Shown here: positions 9,538-20,924 of the stretch, piece by piece
Layout: the number at the start of each line of letters is the position of its first letter
How positions within the stretch are numbered: the stretch's first letter is position 1
Origin: an uncultured Chloroflexia bacterium
GTDB lineage: Bacteria > Chloroflexota > Limnocylindria > Limnocylindrales > CSP1-4
DNA length: 64,000 bases
Direction: 5' to 3'
Assembly: GCA_963744115.1 (NCBI GenBank)
Contig: CAVUSI010000002.1
Location: 675,641-739,640 of the forward strand
Notes under the pieces: generated by a model
Seen by the model: the letters and a program-made list of their open reading frames with translations, nothing else
The model's database searches: none
Told to the model about the DNA's origin: nothing
Position numbers and translations under genes: made by a program

Positions 9538-11424
9538 ATGTCGTCACGCTCTCGCCGCCTGGCGACCGTCGCATTCGCTGCGCTGTTCGTCCTCGTGGCG
9601 ACCCTTCCCGTCGCCGCGGCGGGGCCGCCGATCCTGGCAACCGATACAGCGGCACCCGGTGGACGGCTCGTCGTCGTGTGGCGCGGCGCCGCTCCGAGCA
9701 GCCTCCAGCTCGGCGGCCTGCGGTCGCTCCGGACGTCGGCGGTCGAGCAGCGCAGTGTCGTCGTGGCAGCCCCAGGTCGCGCCGGCCAGGTGGCGGCCGA
9801 GCTCCGCGCCGATCCCCGGGTCCTCGGCGTCGTGCCCGACGCCGTCGTCCATGCCTTCGACTGGCCGGAGGACGGCCCACCGTCCGACACGCTCTTCGCC
9901 CAGCAGGGCGACCTCGAGCAGATCCGCGTCCCCGAGGCGTGGCCAACGACGACCGGCGATCCGAGCGTCGTCGTGGCCGTGATCGACAGCGGCGTGGACC
10001 TGGCCCATCCGGACCTCGCCGGTGTCACCGTCGTCGCGCCGCGCAACGAGACGTTCAACAACACCGATGTGACCGATGTCGTCGGCCATGGGACCCATGT
10101 CGCCGGGACGATCTTCGCGCGGACCGACAACGGCGTCGGGATCGCCGGGATCGCACCGCGCAGCTCGCTGATGCCGATCAAGGTCCTCGACGGCCAGGGC
10201 TCGGGCTTCTTCTCGGACGTCCTCGATGCGGTCGACTGGGCGCGGACCCACCACGCCGACATCGTCAACCTGTCGCTCGGCGGGCTCCTCACCAGCGACG
10301 AGATCGCGCTGTTCCAACCGACCTTCAGCGCCGCCCGCGCCGCGGGCATGCTCGTCGTGGCGGCCGCCGGGAACAGCGGCAACCGGTACATGTACTACCC
10401 GGCCGGCCTGGCCGGCGTGGTCTCGGTCGGCGCGGTCGACGGGGAGGATGCGGCCGCCGACTTCTCGACCTTCAACCGCGCCGTCGATCTGTCCGCCCCG
10501 GGTGTCGACACCCTGTCGACCGTCCTCGCCGCCGACGACCCGTCGGGCTACGCCCGGTTCAGCGGGACGAGCATGGCGTCGCCGCACGTGGCGGGCGTCG
10601 CGGCGCTCGTCTGGGCGGCGCGGCCGTCCCTCGACGTGGCCGAGCTCGAGGGCGTCCTCCGGGCCGGCGCCACCGACCTCGGCGATCACGGGCGCGACGA
10701 CCATTTCGGCTCCGGGGAGGTCGATGCCGTCGGAGCCCTGGATGCCGCGGTCCCGTCGCCGCTGCCCGACTTCGACCCGGTGCCCGGCCCGGCCGGCCCG
10801 CTCGACGTGTCGTTCACCTCGCCGCTCGTCCCGATCCACCAGCTGTCGCCCGAGTTCACGGTCGCCTGGACGGCCAGCCACGCCATCGTCGACGGCGAGC
10901 TGGTCCGCCTGGAGTGGGTGCTCCAGCACGGCGGTCAGTGCCCGGAGCCGCTCGACGACATCTTCGACTACGTGATCCTGCCGTTCGACAGCCCGGTCGT
11001 CGACACGGGGCTTCGTCCCGGGTTCTGCTACCGCTGGGAGGCGCTCGCGTTCGATGAGAACGGGGAGTTCGGCGACACGGTCAGCGAGTCGGTCACGATC
11101 GTCGACCACGTCCGGCCGAGGATCCAGTCCCGGGTCCCCGGGCCGGGCGCGTCCCGTGTGTCGCGCAAGGCATCACCGCGGATCGTCTTCTCCGAGCCGG
11201 TCATCGGCGTGTCGGCGACGACGCTCCGACTGAAGAACCTGTCGACCGGACGGTGGGTCAAGGTCCGGGTCGCCTACGACCAGGAGACGATGAGCGCGAC
11301 GATCGATCCGACCCTGTGGATGCTCCCGGGCCGGCGGTATGCGGTCTACCTCTCGACCGCGATCCGGGACGGGTCCGGCAACCACCTGTTCGCGACGCAC
11401 TGGGCGTTCGCCGTCCGGCGCTGA
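9538..11424 (+). CDS. S8 subtilisin-like serine protease with C-terminal Ig-like domain
   Basis: Triad motifs VIDSGVD, HGTHVAG, GTSMASPHVAG, oxyanion AAGNSG, signal peptide, C-terminal VFSEPV...IRDGSGN. Confidence 0.92.
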   Translation: MSSRSRRLATVAFAALFVLVATLPVAAAGPPILATDTAAPGGRLVVVWRGAAPSSLQLGGLRSLRTSAVEQRSVVVAAPGRAGQVAAELRADPRVLGVVPDAVVHAFDWPEDGPPSDTLFAQQGDLEQIRVPEAWPTTTGDPSVVVAVIDSGVDLAHPDLAGVTVVAPRNETFNNTDVTDVVGHGTHVAGTIFARTDNGVGIAGIAPRSSLMPIKVLDGQGSGFFSDVLDAVDWARTHHADIVNLSLGGLLTSDEIALFQPTFSAARAAGMLVVAAAGNSGNRYMYYPAGLAGVVSVGAVDGEDAAADFSTFNRAVDLSAPGVDTLSTVLAADDPSGYARFSGTSMASPHVAGVAALVWAARPSLDVAELEGVLRAGATDLGDHGRDDHFGSGEVDAVGALDAAVPSPLPDFDPVPGPAGPLDVSFTSPLVPIHQLSPEFTVAWTASHAIVDGELVRLEWVLQHGGQCPEPLDDIFDYVILPFDSPVVDTGLRPGFCYRWEALAFDENGEFGDTVSESVTIVDHVRPRIQSRVPGPGASRVSRKASPRIVFSEPVIGVSATTLRLKNLSTGRWVKVRVAYDQETMSATIDPTLWMLPGRRYAVYLSTAIRDGSGNHLFATHWAFAVRR

Positions 11425-11451
11425 ACCCCGTCTGACGCCGGATCCTCGCGG

Positions 11452-12933
<1,482 letters not shown>

Positions 12934-12937
<4 letters not shown>

Positions 12938-13827
12938 CGAGCGGCGCTCCCGGCGACCGGGCCCGTCGTGGGCGGAGCGTCGCCGAGCCGGTCGGCCAGG
13001 GCCGGGATCAGGCAGGCTTCGTGACGGGCGAGCGCCTCCTGCTCGAACGATCGATAGGTGGTCAGCCGATCCGCCAGGCTCGCGAAGTCGACCGCGTGGG
13101 CGTCGAACTCGGGTCCGTCGACGCAGGCGTAGCGGCTCTGGCCGTCGATCGACACGCGACACCCGCCGCACATCCCCGTCCCGTCGACCATGATCGCGTT
13201 GAGCGAGGCGGTGGTCCGGATCCCGTACGGGCGGGTCAGCTCGGCCACCGCGCGCATCATCGGGACGGGACCGACGGCGAAGACCTCGTCGATCGGGCCG
13301 GCGTCGCACAGGTCCCGGAGCGCCTCGGTGACGAACCCGTGGCGGCCGTAGCTCCCGTCATCCGTGCACACGACCACCTCGCCGGCCGTTCGAAGCTCGT
13401 CCTCGAGGATCACCCACTCGCGCGAGCGGCCGCCGATGACCGAGGTGACCGACACGCCGCGCCGATGGAGCTCCTGGGCGATCGGGTAGACGACCGCCGT
13501 GCCGACACCGCCGCCGACGCACACGGCCCGTCCCCGATCGATGAGATCGGTCGGCCGTCCGAGGGGTCCGGCGACGTCGCGGATCGCATCACCCGGCTGG
13601 AGGGCGACCAGGTCCAGCGTGCTCGCCCCGACGGACTGGATGATCAGGCTGATCGTCCCCGCCTCCGCGTCGGCGTCGGCGATCGTCAGCGGGATCCGCT
13701 CGGCACCTTCGCCCAACCGGACGATCACGAACTGCCCGGGACGGCGGATCTCCGCGATCCGGGGCGCCTCGACGACGAGCCGGGTCACGTTCGGGGAGAG
13801 TTGGTCGCGTGCGACGATCTGATGCAT
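12934..13827 (-). CDS. nfnA: NfnA / SudB-like FAD/NAD-binding 2Fe-2S subunit
   Basis: PGQFVIVR, ERIPLTIAD, GGGVGTA, MVDGTGMCGGCRV...CVDGPEF. ATGA overlap with nfnB. Confidence 0.9.
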
Positions 13828-13942
13828 CCGCCTGCCCATGGTTCCGTGGCGGCCAGGTTCGGCCGTGACTCGATCGTAGGCGCCGGGCGAGCGCCGGCCC
13901 TACCGTCAGGTGGCCCATAGGCGCGGGCCGAAGGTCACACCC

Positions 13943-14749
13943 TCAGCCGGGCACCGCCGGCACGACCTTGCCCTTCGGCCAGTAGAGCTCCTTCTTGACG
14001 TGGAACTCGGGGAAGCCGTCGTCCATCAGCACGGCCTCGGCGTTGAGGATCATGTCGGGGTTGCCGCAGATGTAGACGACGGTCCGGTCGGGCCGCAGGT
14101 GGAGGTCCCGGCAGACGTCCCGGACGACGTGCTCCGCCCGCCCGGTCCGCCCGGTCCAGCTGGCGTTGCGCGGGTCGTCGGGTCGACTGATCGTCGGGAC
14201 GTAGGTGACCGGGTAGGTCCCGTCGCGGACCCATGCCTCGAGCTCGGCCCGGTAGCCGAGCTCGTCGACGTACGAGCAGCCGTGCAGGATGACCGTCTTG
14301 CGCGGCCGACCCTCGGCCAGGGTCTCGCGCATCATCGACATGAACGGGGCGATCCCGGTCCCGGTCGAGATGAACAGGTGGGTCCGGTGGTCGTCCGGCT
14401 CGAGCAGGAACTTGCCCTTCGGCCCGATCATCCGCATCCGGTGGCCCAGCGGCAGCCGCCACAGCAGCGTCGTGAACCGGATGATCGGGACGAGCCGGAC
14501 GTAGAACTCGTAGCCGCCGTCGCCCGACTCCCGCGGCGGTGACGCGACCGAATAGGGACGCTGCCAGAGCTTCCCGTCGGCGAACACCCCGGTCGTCATG
14601 TACTGGCCGGGCTCGAACGGGACCGGCTCGTCGTCGTAGCGGACCCAGAAGGTGGCGAGATCCTCGGTGTGATCGACCCGCCGGACCAGCGTCGCGTTGT
14701 ACTGCGGCGCGTCGGCGTCGATGACACGGTCGTCGTCGGGGAGGGTCAT
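13943..14749 (-). CDS. fpr: ferredoxin--NADP(+) reductase (bacterial Fpr)
   Basis: FEPGQY, RPYSVAS, STGTGIAPF, YICGNPDMI, ELYW near the C-terminus. Confidence 0.88.
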   Translation of the reverse strand: MTLPDDDRVIDADAPQYNATLVRRVDHTEDLATFWVRYDDEPVPFEPGQYMTTGVFADGKLWQRPYSVASPPRESGDGGYEFYVRLVPIIRFTTLLWRLPLGHRMRMIGPKGKFLLEPDDHRTHLFISTGTGIAPFMSMMRETLAEGRPRKTVILHGCSYVDELGYRAELEAWVRDGTYPVTYVPTISRPDDPRNASWTGRTGRAEHVVRDVCRDLHLRPDRTVVYICGNPDMILNAEAVLMDDGFPEFHVKKELYWPKGKVVPAVPG

Positions 14750-14862
14750 GCCGATCGGTCTCCGTCCGGATCGCGGGTTCGTCCAGCGGATGGTACCCGG
14801 CCCGGCCGTCGCCCGGCCCGACCGCGACCAGGCCGCCCCGCGAGTCGCCGCGCCCGCGACAG

Positions 14863-14868
14863 TACAAT
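14863..14868 (+). promoter_or_regulatory. candidate -10 element (TACAAT) of ppdK
   Basis: Near-consensus hexamer ~70 nt upstream of the ppdK ATG in a divergent intergenic region. Confidence 0.45.
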
Positions 14869-14936
14869 CAGCGCGCAACTGAAGACCACCAGCGGCCCGA
14901 CCGTCGGCCGCCGTCCCGCCCGGAGGATCCCCGTCC

Positions 14937-17735
14937 ATGGCCACCTCGACCTCCACCGCCGGCGACCGCACCCACCAGGCTGCGAAGCGCTACATCTACG
15001 CCTGGGGCGGCGGGCGCGCCGAGGGTGACGCCTCGATGCGCGACCTCCTCGGCGGCAAGGGCGCCGGGCTGGCCGAGATGACGATCGCCGGGCTGCCGGT
15101 CCCGGCCGGGTTCACGATCACGACCGAAGCGTGCAACGACTACTTCGCCGCCGGCGAGCAGCTCCCGTCCGGGCTCTGGGAGGACGTCCTGGAGGCGGTC
15201 CGGGAGGTCGAGCGGGAGACCGGCAAGGGCTTCGGCGACGTCGCCAACCCGCTCCTGGTGAGCGTCCGTTCGGGCGCCAAGTTCTCGATGCCCGGGATGA
15301 TGGACACGGTCCTCAACCTCGGCCTCAATGAGCAGACGCTGAACGGCCTCGTCGCATTGACCGGCAACGAGCGCTTCGGCTGGGACGCCTACCGTCGGTT
15401 CATCCAGATGTTCGGCCGGATCGTGATGGGCGTCGACGGCGAGCGGTTCGACCGGGCCCTCGACGCCGCCAAGCACGCCCGCGGCGCGGCCCAGGATACG
15501 GACCTCGACGCCGCCGCGTTGCGCGACGTCGCCGAGGCCTACAAGGCGATCGTCCGCGAGGACACCGGCCGCGAGTTCCCGGCGGACCCGTACGACCAGC
15601 TCGACCTGGCCATCAAGGCCGTGTTCGCCAGCTGGTTCGGCAAGCGTGCGCGCGACTACCGGGACAACCAGAAGATCGCTCACGACCTCGGGACCGCGGT
15701 CAATGTCGTGACGATGGTCTTCGGCAACATGGGCGACGACTCCGGGACCGGGGTCGCCTTCACCCGCGACCCCAACACCGGCGAGAAGGTCCTGTACGGC
15801 GAGTACCTGACCAACGCCCAGGGCGAGGACGTGGTCGCCGGGATCCGGACGCCGCAGAAGATCAGCCACCTGGCCCTGGATCTGCCGAGCGCCTACGACG
15901 AGTTCCAGCGCATCGCGCAGCGCCTCGAGACCCACTACCGCGACGTCCAGGACCTCGAGTTCACGATCGAGCGTGGTCGGCTCTATATGCTCCAGACCCG
16001 GAGCGCCAAGCGGACGGCCGCGGCCGCCGTGAAGATCGCCACGGACATGGTCGCCGAGGGCATCATCACCAAGGAGGAGGCGCTCGCCCGGATCGAGCCC
16101 GCCCACGTCGACCAGCTCCTTCGCGACCAGTACGACCCGGCGGCATTGAAGACCGCGACCCGGGTGGCGAAGGGCCTCAACGCGTCGCCGGGCGCGGCGG
16201 TCGGTCGGGCCGTCTTCTCGGCCGACGACGCGGTCGCCTGGGTCGGACGCGGCGAGAAGGTCGTCCTGGTCCGGGTCGAGACGTCACCCGACGACTTCCA
16301 TGGGATGGCCGTCGCCCAGGGCATCCTGACGGCCCGGGGCGGCGCGACGTCGCATGCCGCGGTCGTCGCCCGGCAGATCGGCAAGCCGTGCGTCGCCGGC
16401 TGTGCGGAGCTCGTCGTCGACTACGCCACGAAGTCGGCGCGGAGCACCGAGACGGGGGCGGGCTTCGCCGAGGGCGACTGGATCAGCGTCGACGGTTCGA
16501 CCGGTGAGGTCTACACCGGCGCGCTGCCGACGGTGAGCGCCAGGTTCGAGGACCAGCCCGAGCTCCAGACCATCCTCGGCTACGCCGACGAGGTCCGCCG
16601 GATGGGCGTCTGGACGAACGCCGACAAGCCCGAAGAGGCGGCCCTGGCCCGGAGCTACGGCGCCCAGGGCATCGGGCTGTGCCGGACCGAGCACATGTTC
16701 CGTGAGGGGGAGCGGCTGGACATCGTCCGCGACGCGATCCTCGTCGCCAACGTGGCCACCCGCGCCAAGGCCCGTCGAGCCGCCGGCGAGACGCTCGGCG
16801 CCGAGGACGCCGCGGCCGTCGTCCGCTTCGATGCGGCGATGGGCAAGCTCGAGGTCCTCCAGCAGGGCGACTTCGAGGGGATCTTCCGGGCGATGGACGG
16901 CCTGCCGGTCGTCGTCCGCCTGATCGACCCGCCGCTCCACGAGTTCCTGCCGAACCACGACGAGCTGCTCGTCGAGGTCACCGAGTACCGGGTCAAGGGC
17001 ACGCCCGAGAGCGATCCCGAGTACGCCCGGGCGCGGGAGGTCCTGGCGGTCGTCGAGTCGATGCGCGAGCAGAACCCGATGCTCGGGCTGCGCGGCTGCC
17101 GGCTCGGGCTGATGATCCCCGACTTCGTCAAGATCCAGACCCGGGCCATCCTCAACGCCCAGATCGCGGTCAAGACGTCGGGCGGCCACCCGATCGCCAA
17201 GATCATGATCCCGCTCGTCGGCCACGTGAACGAGCTGTCCGCCACGAAGGCACTGCTCGAGACCGAGGCCAAGGCGGTCGAGGCCAAGGCCGGCGTCGAG
17301 GTCGACTACAAGTTCGGGACGATGATCGAGGTCCCACGCGGGGCGCTGACCGCCGATGAGATCGCCCGCGATGCCGCGTTCTTCAGCTTCGGCACGAACG
17401 ACCTGACCCAGATGACCTTCGGCTACAGCCGGGACGATGCCGAGGGCGGCTTCCTGCTCAAGTACGTCGAGGACCACATCCTGCCCGCCAACCCGTTCCA
17501 GACGCTCGACGACGCGGTCGCCGGGCTGATGAAGATCGCCGTCGACAAGGGCCGCTCGGTCCGCCCCGACCTCGAGCTGGGGATCTGCGGCGAACACGGC
17601 GGCGACCCCGAATCCATCCACAAGTGCGAGAAGATCGGGCTCGACTACGTCTCCTGCTCGCCATTCCGGGTCCCGGTCGCTCGACTCGCCGCGGCCCAGG
17701 CCGCCCTGGTCAACGCCGCCGAGCGAGACAAGTAG
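14937..17735 (+). CDS. ppdK: pyruvate, phosphate dikinase
   Basis: LLGGKGAGLAEM, SVRSGA..SMPGMMDT, GGATSHAAVVAR (phospho-His), GIGLCRTEHM, NPMLGLRGCRLG, FSFGTNDLTQ, GICGEHGG. Confidence 0.98.
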   Translation: MATSTSTAGDRTHQAAKRYIYAWGGGRAEGDASMRDLLGGKGAGLAEMTIAGLPVPAGFTITTEACNDYFAAGEQLPSGLWEDVLEAVREVERETGKGFGDVANPLLVSVRSGAKFSMPGMMDTVLNLGLNEQTLNGLVALTGNERFGWDAYRRFIQMFGRIVMGVDGERFDRALDAAKHARGAAQDTDLDAAALRDVAEAYKAIVREDTGREFPADPYDQLDLAIKAVFASWFGKRARDYRDNQKIAHDLGTAVNVVTMVFGNMGDDSGTGVAFTRDPNTGEKVLYGEYLTNAQGEDVVAGIRTPQKISHLALDLPSAYDEFQRIAQRLETHYRDVQDLEFTIERGRLYMLQTRSAKRTAAAAVKIATDMVAEGIITKEEALARIEPAHVDQLLRDQYDPAALKTATRVAKGLNASPGAAVGRAVFSADDAVAWVGRGEKVVLVRVETSPDDFHGMAVAQGILTARGGATSHAAVVARQIGKPCVAGCAELVVDYATKSARSTETGAGFAEGDWISVDGSTGEVYTGALPTVSARFEDQPELQTILGYADEVRRMGVWTNADKPEEAALARSYGAQGIGLCRTEHMFREGERLDIVRDAILVANVATRAKARRAAGETLGAEDAAAVVRFDAAMGKLEVLQQGDFEGIFRAMDGLPVVVRLIDPPLHEFLPNHDELLVEVTEYRVKGTPESDPEYARAREVLAVVESMREQNPMLGLRGCRLGLMIPDFVKIQTRAILNAQIAVKTSGGHPIAKIMIPLVGHVNELSATKALLETEAKAVEAKAGVEVDYKFGTMIEVPRGALTADEIARDAAFFSFGTNDLTQMTFGYSRDDAEGGFLLKYVEDHILPANPFQTLDDAVAGLMKIAVDKGRSVRPDLELGICGEHGGDPESIHKCEKIGLDYVSCSPFRVPVARLAAAQAALVNAAERDK

Positions 17736-17758
17736 ATCCGACCGGGAGGAGCGATCCG

Positions 17759-18307
17759 ATGATCCTGCGCCGGATGGCCGCGACGCTCCTGGCGGTCGGG
17801 CTGATCGCGATCGTCGCGGTCGCCTGCGATACGGGCCAGCTCGGCTCCGAGACGCCGACCGTCCTCGAGAGCTTCGACAGCGGGATCGACGCGGCACCGT
17901 CGGACGACACCTCCGGCGACGTCGAGGATCCGCCGACGCTCGCCCCCGTGGCGCCCGGGGTCAAGGCCGGTGCCAAGTGCGATGCCGCCTTCAAGGCGTG
18001 GGTCGACTGGTGGGTCGCCTTCACCAGCCCGGACGCCTCGGAGGACCCGAGCTACGACCCGAATGCCGCCCCGCCCGAGCCGTCGGGCGACCCGGATCAG
18101 CTCGAGCACACCGTCTTCGACACCTGCACGCTGGCCGAGCTGGGCGCCGCCAACGCCACGCACCCGGTCCTGCTGGATTCGGGCGAGCCGCCGTCGCCCT
18201 ACATCGAGTACGAGGTCGGCTGGTTCGTGGCCGGCCTGTGCGATGACGATTCGGACATCATCGGCGACACCAAGCTGTGTGCGCCGTACGCCAGCCCTTC
18301 GCCCTGA
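17759..18307 (+). CDS. putative acidic lipoprotein
   Basis: GGAGGA RBS, MILRRMAATLLAVGLIAIVAVAC lipobox-like signal, Asp/Pro-rich body with several Cys. Confidence 0.7.
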   Translation: MILRRMAATLLAVGLIAIVAVACDTGQLGSETPTVLESFDSGIDAAPSDDTSGDVEDPPTLAPVAPGVKAGAKCDAAFKAWVDWWVAFTSPDASEDPSYDPNAAPPEPSGDPDQLEHTVFDTCTLAELGAANATHPVLLDSGEPPSPYIEYEVGWFVAGLCDDDSDIIGDTKLCAPYASPSP

Positions 18308-18379
18308 GCGTAGCCCGGGCGATCCCGACGCCCCGGGCGAGCTCGTCGTGGCTCGTCGCCGCTCGTCGTTCGGGACTGC

Positions 18380-19492
18380 TCAGAACGTCACGATCGAGCG
18401 GAGACCCTCGCCGCGTCGCAGGCGGTCGAACGCGTCCTCGATGCCGTCCAGGCCGATCCGCCGGTCGATGAGCCGCTCGATCGGCAGGCGGCCCGCGAGG
18501 TGGAGTCCGGCGTAGCGCGGGAAGTCGGCCGCCGCAACCGCCGACCCGTAGTTCGAGCCGACGATCCGCCGCCCGCCGTCGACGAAGCGATAGACGTCGA
18601 ACCGGGCGCGTTCCCCCTGCGGGGTCATCCCGACCAAGACGGCCGTCCCACCGGCGGGCGTGACCTCGATCGCCAGCTCCACCGTTGCCGGGCGACCGAT
18701 CGCCTCGACCGCGAAGTCCGGACCGCCGTCGGTCGCCGCGCGGATCGCATCGGCCGTGGCCACCGGATCCGGGCCGGCGAGGACGAGGTCGGTCGCCCCC
18801 AGCTCGGCGGCGAGGTCGAGCTTGGCCGCGACCCGGTCGACGGCGACGATCCGACCGGCGCCGGCGAGCCGGGCGCCCATGACCGCCGACAGGCCGACCC
18901 CGCCGAGCCCGATGACGGCGACGCTCGCGCCCGCCGGGACGGCGGCCGTCTTGGTCACCGCCCCGACCCCGGTCGCGACACAGCAGCCGATCAGCGCGGC
19001 GACGGCCGGAGGCGTGCCCGTCGGCATCGGGATCGCCGCGGCCGCCGGGACGACCTGCGCCTCGGCCATCGTCCCGATCGACAGGTAGGCCAGGACGTCG
19101 GTCCCGTCGGTGCGGCGGGCGCGGGTCCGGCCGGCGGCGTCCCGTCCGTGCCGGAACGACGGGGAGTCCGGACATTCCCACGATCGGCTCGCCCGACACG
19201 AACGACACGCCCCGCATGGGACGACCCAGGCCAGCGCGACGAGGCGCCCCGGATCGAGGCCGGTGGTCGCGGCGTCGACGCCCGGCCCCAACGCCTCGAC
19301 GACGCCGGCGCCCTCGTGTCCCATGACCACCGGGCCGGGGCGCTGCCACTCCCCGTCGCGAACGTGGAGGTCCGAGTGGCAGACGCCGCTGGCCAGCATC
19401 CGGACGCGGATCTCGCCCGTGGCCGGCGGATCGAGAGCGAGCTCCTCGACCGCAGTGGGCACGCCTGGACGGGGGAGCACGACAGCACGCAC
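18380..19492 (-). CDS. zinc-binding alcohol dehydrogenase (MDR family)
   Basis: GVCHSD, GHEGAG, CGACRSC structural Zn, GCCVATGVGA, GLGGVG. Confidence 0.92.
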   Translation of the reverse strand: MRAVVLPRPGVPTAVEELALDPPATGEIRVRMLASGVCHSDLHVRDGEWQRPGPVVMGHEGAGVVEALGPGVDAATTGLDPGRLVALAWVVPCGACRSCRASRSWECPDSPSFRHGRDAAGRTRARRTDGTDVLAYLSIGTMAEAQVVPAAAAIPMPTGTPPAVAALIGCCVATGVGAVTKTAAVPAGASVAVIGLGGVGLSAVMGARLAGAGRIVAVDRVAAKLDLAAELGATDLVLAGPDPVATADAIRAATDGGPDFAVEAIGRPATVELAIEVTPAGGTAVLVGMTPQGERARFDVYRFVDGGRRIVGSNYGSAVAAADFPRYAGLHLAGRLPIERLIDRRIGLDGIEDAFDRLRRGEGLRSIVTF

Positions 19493-19643
19493 GACCGGAG
19501 TCTACGGCGCGTCGACGCGCCACTTCCCGGGCGTCACGGTGCCGAAGGTCCCTCGACGCTTGCCTCCGGCGCGTATGCTCCCCCCACGGGACCCGACTGC
19601 CGGTGGGTGCGCGGCAGCGAGACCGACGTCACGGGAGGTAGCG

Positions 19644-20246
19644 ATGTCCGGACCTGAGCCAGGGAGCAGCCCGTCACCGGAGGTGCCGCAGCCGAGCGCG
19701 TGGCAGGCGCCGCCTCCCGGTCCCGCGAAGGACGCCGGACCCGCGCCGGGTGTCGCCTACGCCGACCTCGGGATCCGCATCGGTGCGTTCATCGTGGACG
19801 TCATCGTGATGACGATCGTCTATTTCGTGCTCAGCGTGATCATCCTTGCGATCACCGCCGGGATCGGCGGCGCTGCGGGCGTCCTGATCGGGTTCGTCTT
19901 CCTGGGGATCTTCGGGGCGGCCTTCAGCGCGATCTACTTCATCTACGGATGGACGACCTTGCGCGCATCGCCGGGTCAGAAGATGCTCAGTCTCGAGACG
20001 GTCAATGCCGCCGACGGACGGACGCTCACCCAGCCGCAGGCGATCCGGCGCTGGTTGTTCATGTTCGGTCCGTACGTGCTCCTCATCGCACTCCAGCTCG
20101 TCGTCGGCCCCACCCTCGGGGGCCTGCTCGGCTTGGTCAACCTGGCGTACTTCATCTACCTGCTGTACACGACCAACCAGGACCCCAAGCGACAGGGCTT
20201 CCACGACCATCAGGCGGCCACCGTGGTGGTCAAGCGCAGCGCCTGA
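19644..20246 (+). CDS. RDD family membrane protein
   Basis: GIRIGAFIVD, SPGQKMLSL, QGFHDHQAATVVV, TM helices, GGAGG RBS. Confidence 0.88.
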   Translation: MSGPEPGSSPSPEVPQPSAWQAPPPGPAKDAGPAPGVAYADLGIRIGAFIVDVIVMTIVYFVLSVIILAITAGIGGAAGVLIGFVFLGIFGAAFSAIYFIYGWTTLRASPGQKMLSLETVNAADGRTLTQPQAIRRWLFMFGPYVLLIALQLVVGPTLGGLLGLVNLAYFIYLLYTTNQDPKRQGFHDHQAATVVVKRSA

Positions 20247-20265
20247 TCGACCTCGCTCCAACGGC

Positions 20266-20293
20266 GATGACCCCGGCCCGGGCCGGGGTCATC
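20266..20293. terminator. perfect 28-bp palindrome, likely bidirectional terminator
   Basis: GATGACCCCGGCCCGGGCCGGGGTCATC lies between the convergent RDD and tdk genes. Confidence 0.75.
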
Positions 20294-20306
20294 CGATTCC
20301 CCGGAC

Positions 20307-20882
20307 CTAGCCGATGGCGTGGTGGGTCCGGCAGCGGGCCTCGTAGCGCTCGTCGCCCATCCCGCCGATGACCACCAGCGGATCGTCGGCGGTCGCCGGC
20401 CGGCCGTCCACGAGGCGCTGGGTCCGGCTCGCCTCCTCGCCGCAGACCATGCAGATGGCCGACAGCATGACCACCTCCTCGGCGATCGCCAGGAGGGCCG
20501 GCATCGGACCGAACGGCCGGCCGAGGAAGTCGCGGTTCAACCCGTCGACGATGACCATCCGGTCGCGGTCGGCAAGGCGCTCGCAGACGGCGACCAGCCC
20601 GTCGTCGAAGAACTGGCCCTCCTCGATGGCCACGACGTCTGCCCGGGTCTCCGCGACGACGGGCTCGATCGCGCTCGAGTCGGCCACCGGTCGAGCCGGA
20701 AAGGCCACCCCGAACCGACTCCGGACGGTCTCGGGCTCGGTCCGGTCGTCGAGCGCCGGGCGGATGAGGACGACCTTGCGCCGGGCGATCCGGGCGCGCT
20801 CGCACTGGCGGATGAGCTCGGCGGTCTTGCCCGAGAACATCGGGCCGGTGATGACCGTGATCGAGCCCCGCGGATTGAACAT
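20307..20882 (-). CDS. tdk: thymidine kinase
   Basis: GPMFSGKT, IEEGQFF, GLNRDFLGRPFG, CMVCG, YEARCRTH. Confidence 0.95.
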   Translation of the reverse strand: MFNPRGSITVITGPMFSGKTAELIRQCERARIARRKVVLIRPALDDRTEPETVRSRFGVAFPARPVADSSAIEPVVAETRADVVAIEEGQFFDDGLVAVCERLADRDRMVIVDGLNRDFLGRPFGPMPALLAIAEEVVMLSAICMVCGEEASRTQRLVDGRPATADDPLVVIGGMGDERYEARCRTHHAIG

Positions 20883-20924
20883 AGGTGGAGCGTAGCGCCT
20901 CGGTCGCCGCTCGCGCCGGCTCGC

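Noticed and set aside
7608-11057. 1149-aa ORF in the track
   Set aside because: Only the first ~178 aa are real (heparinase N-terminus). The rest is an Arg-rich off-frame read-through caused by the 8141 frameshift.
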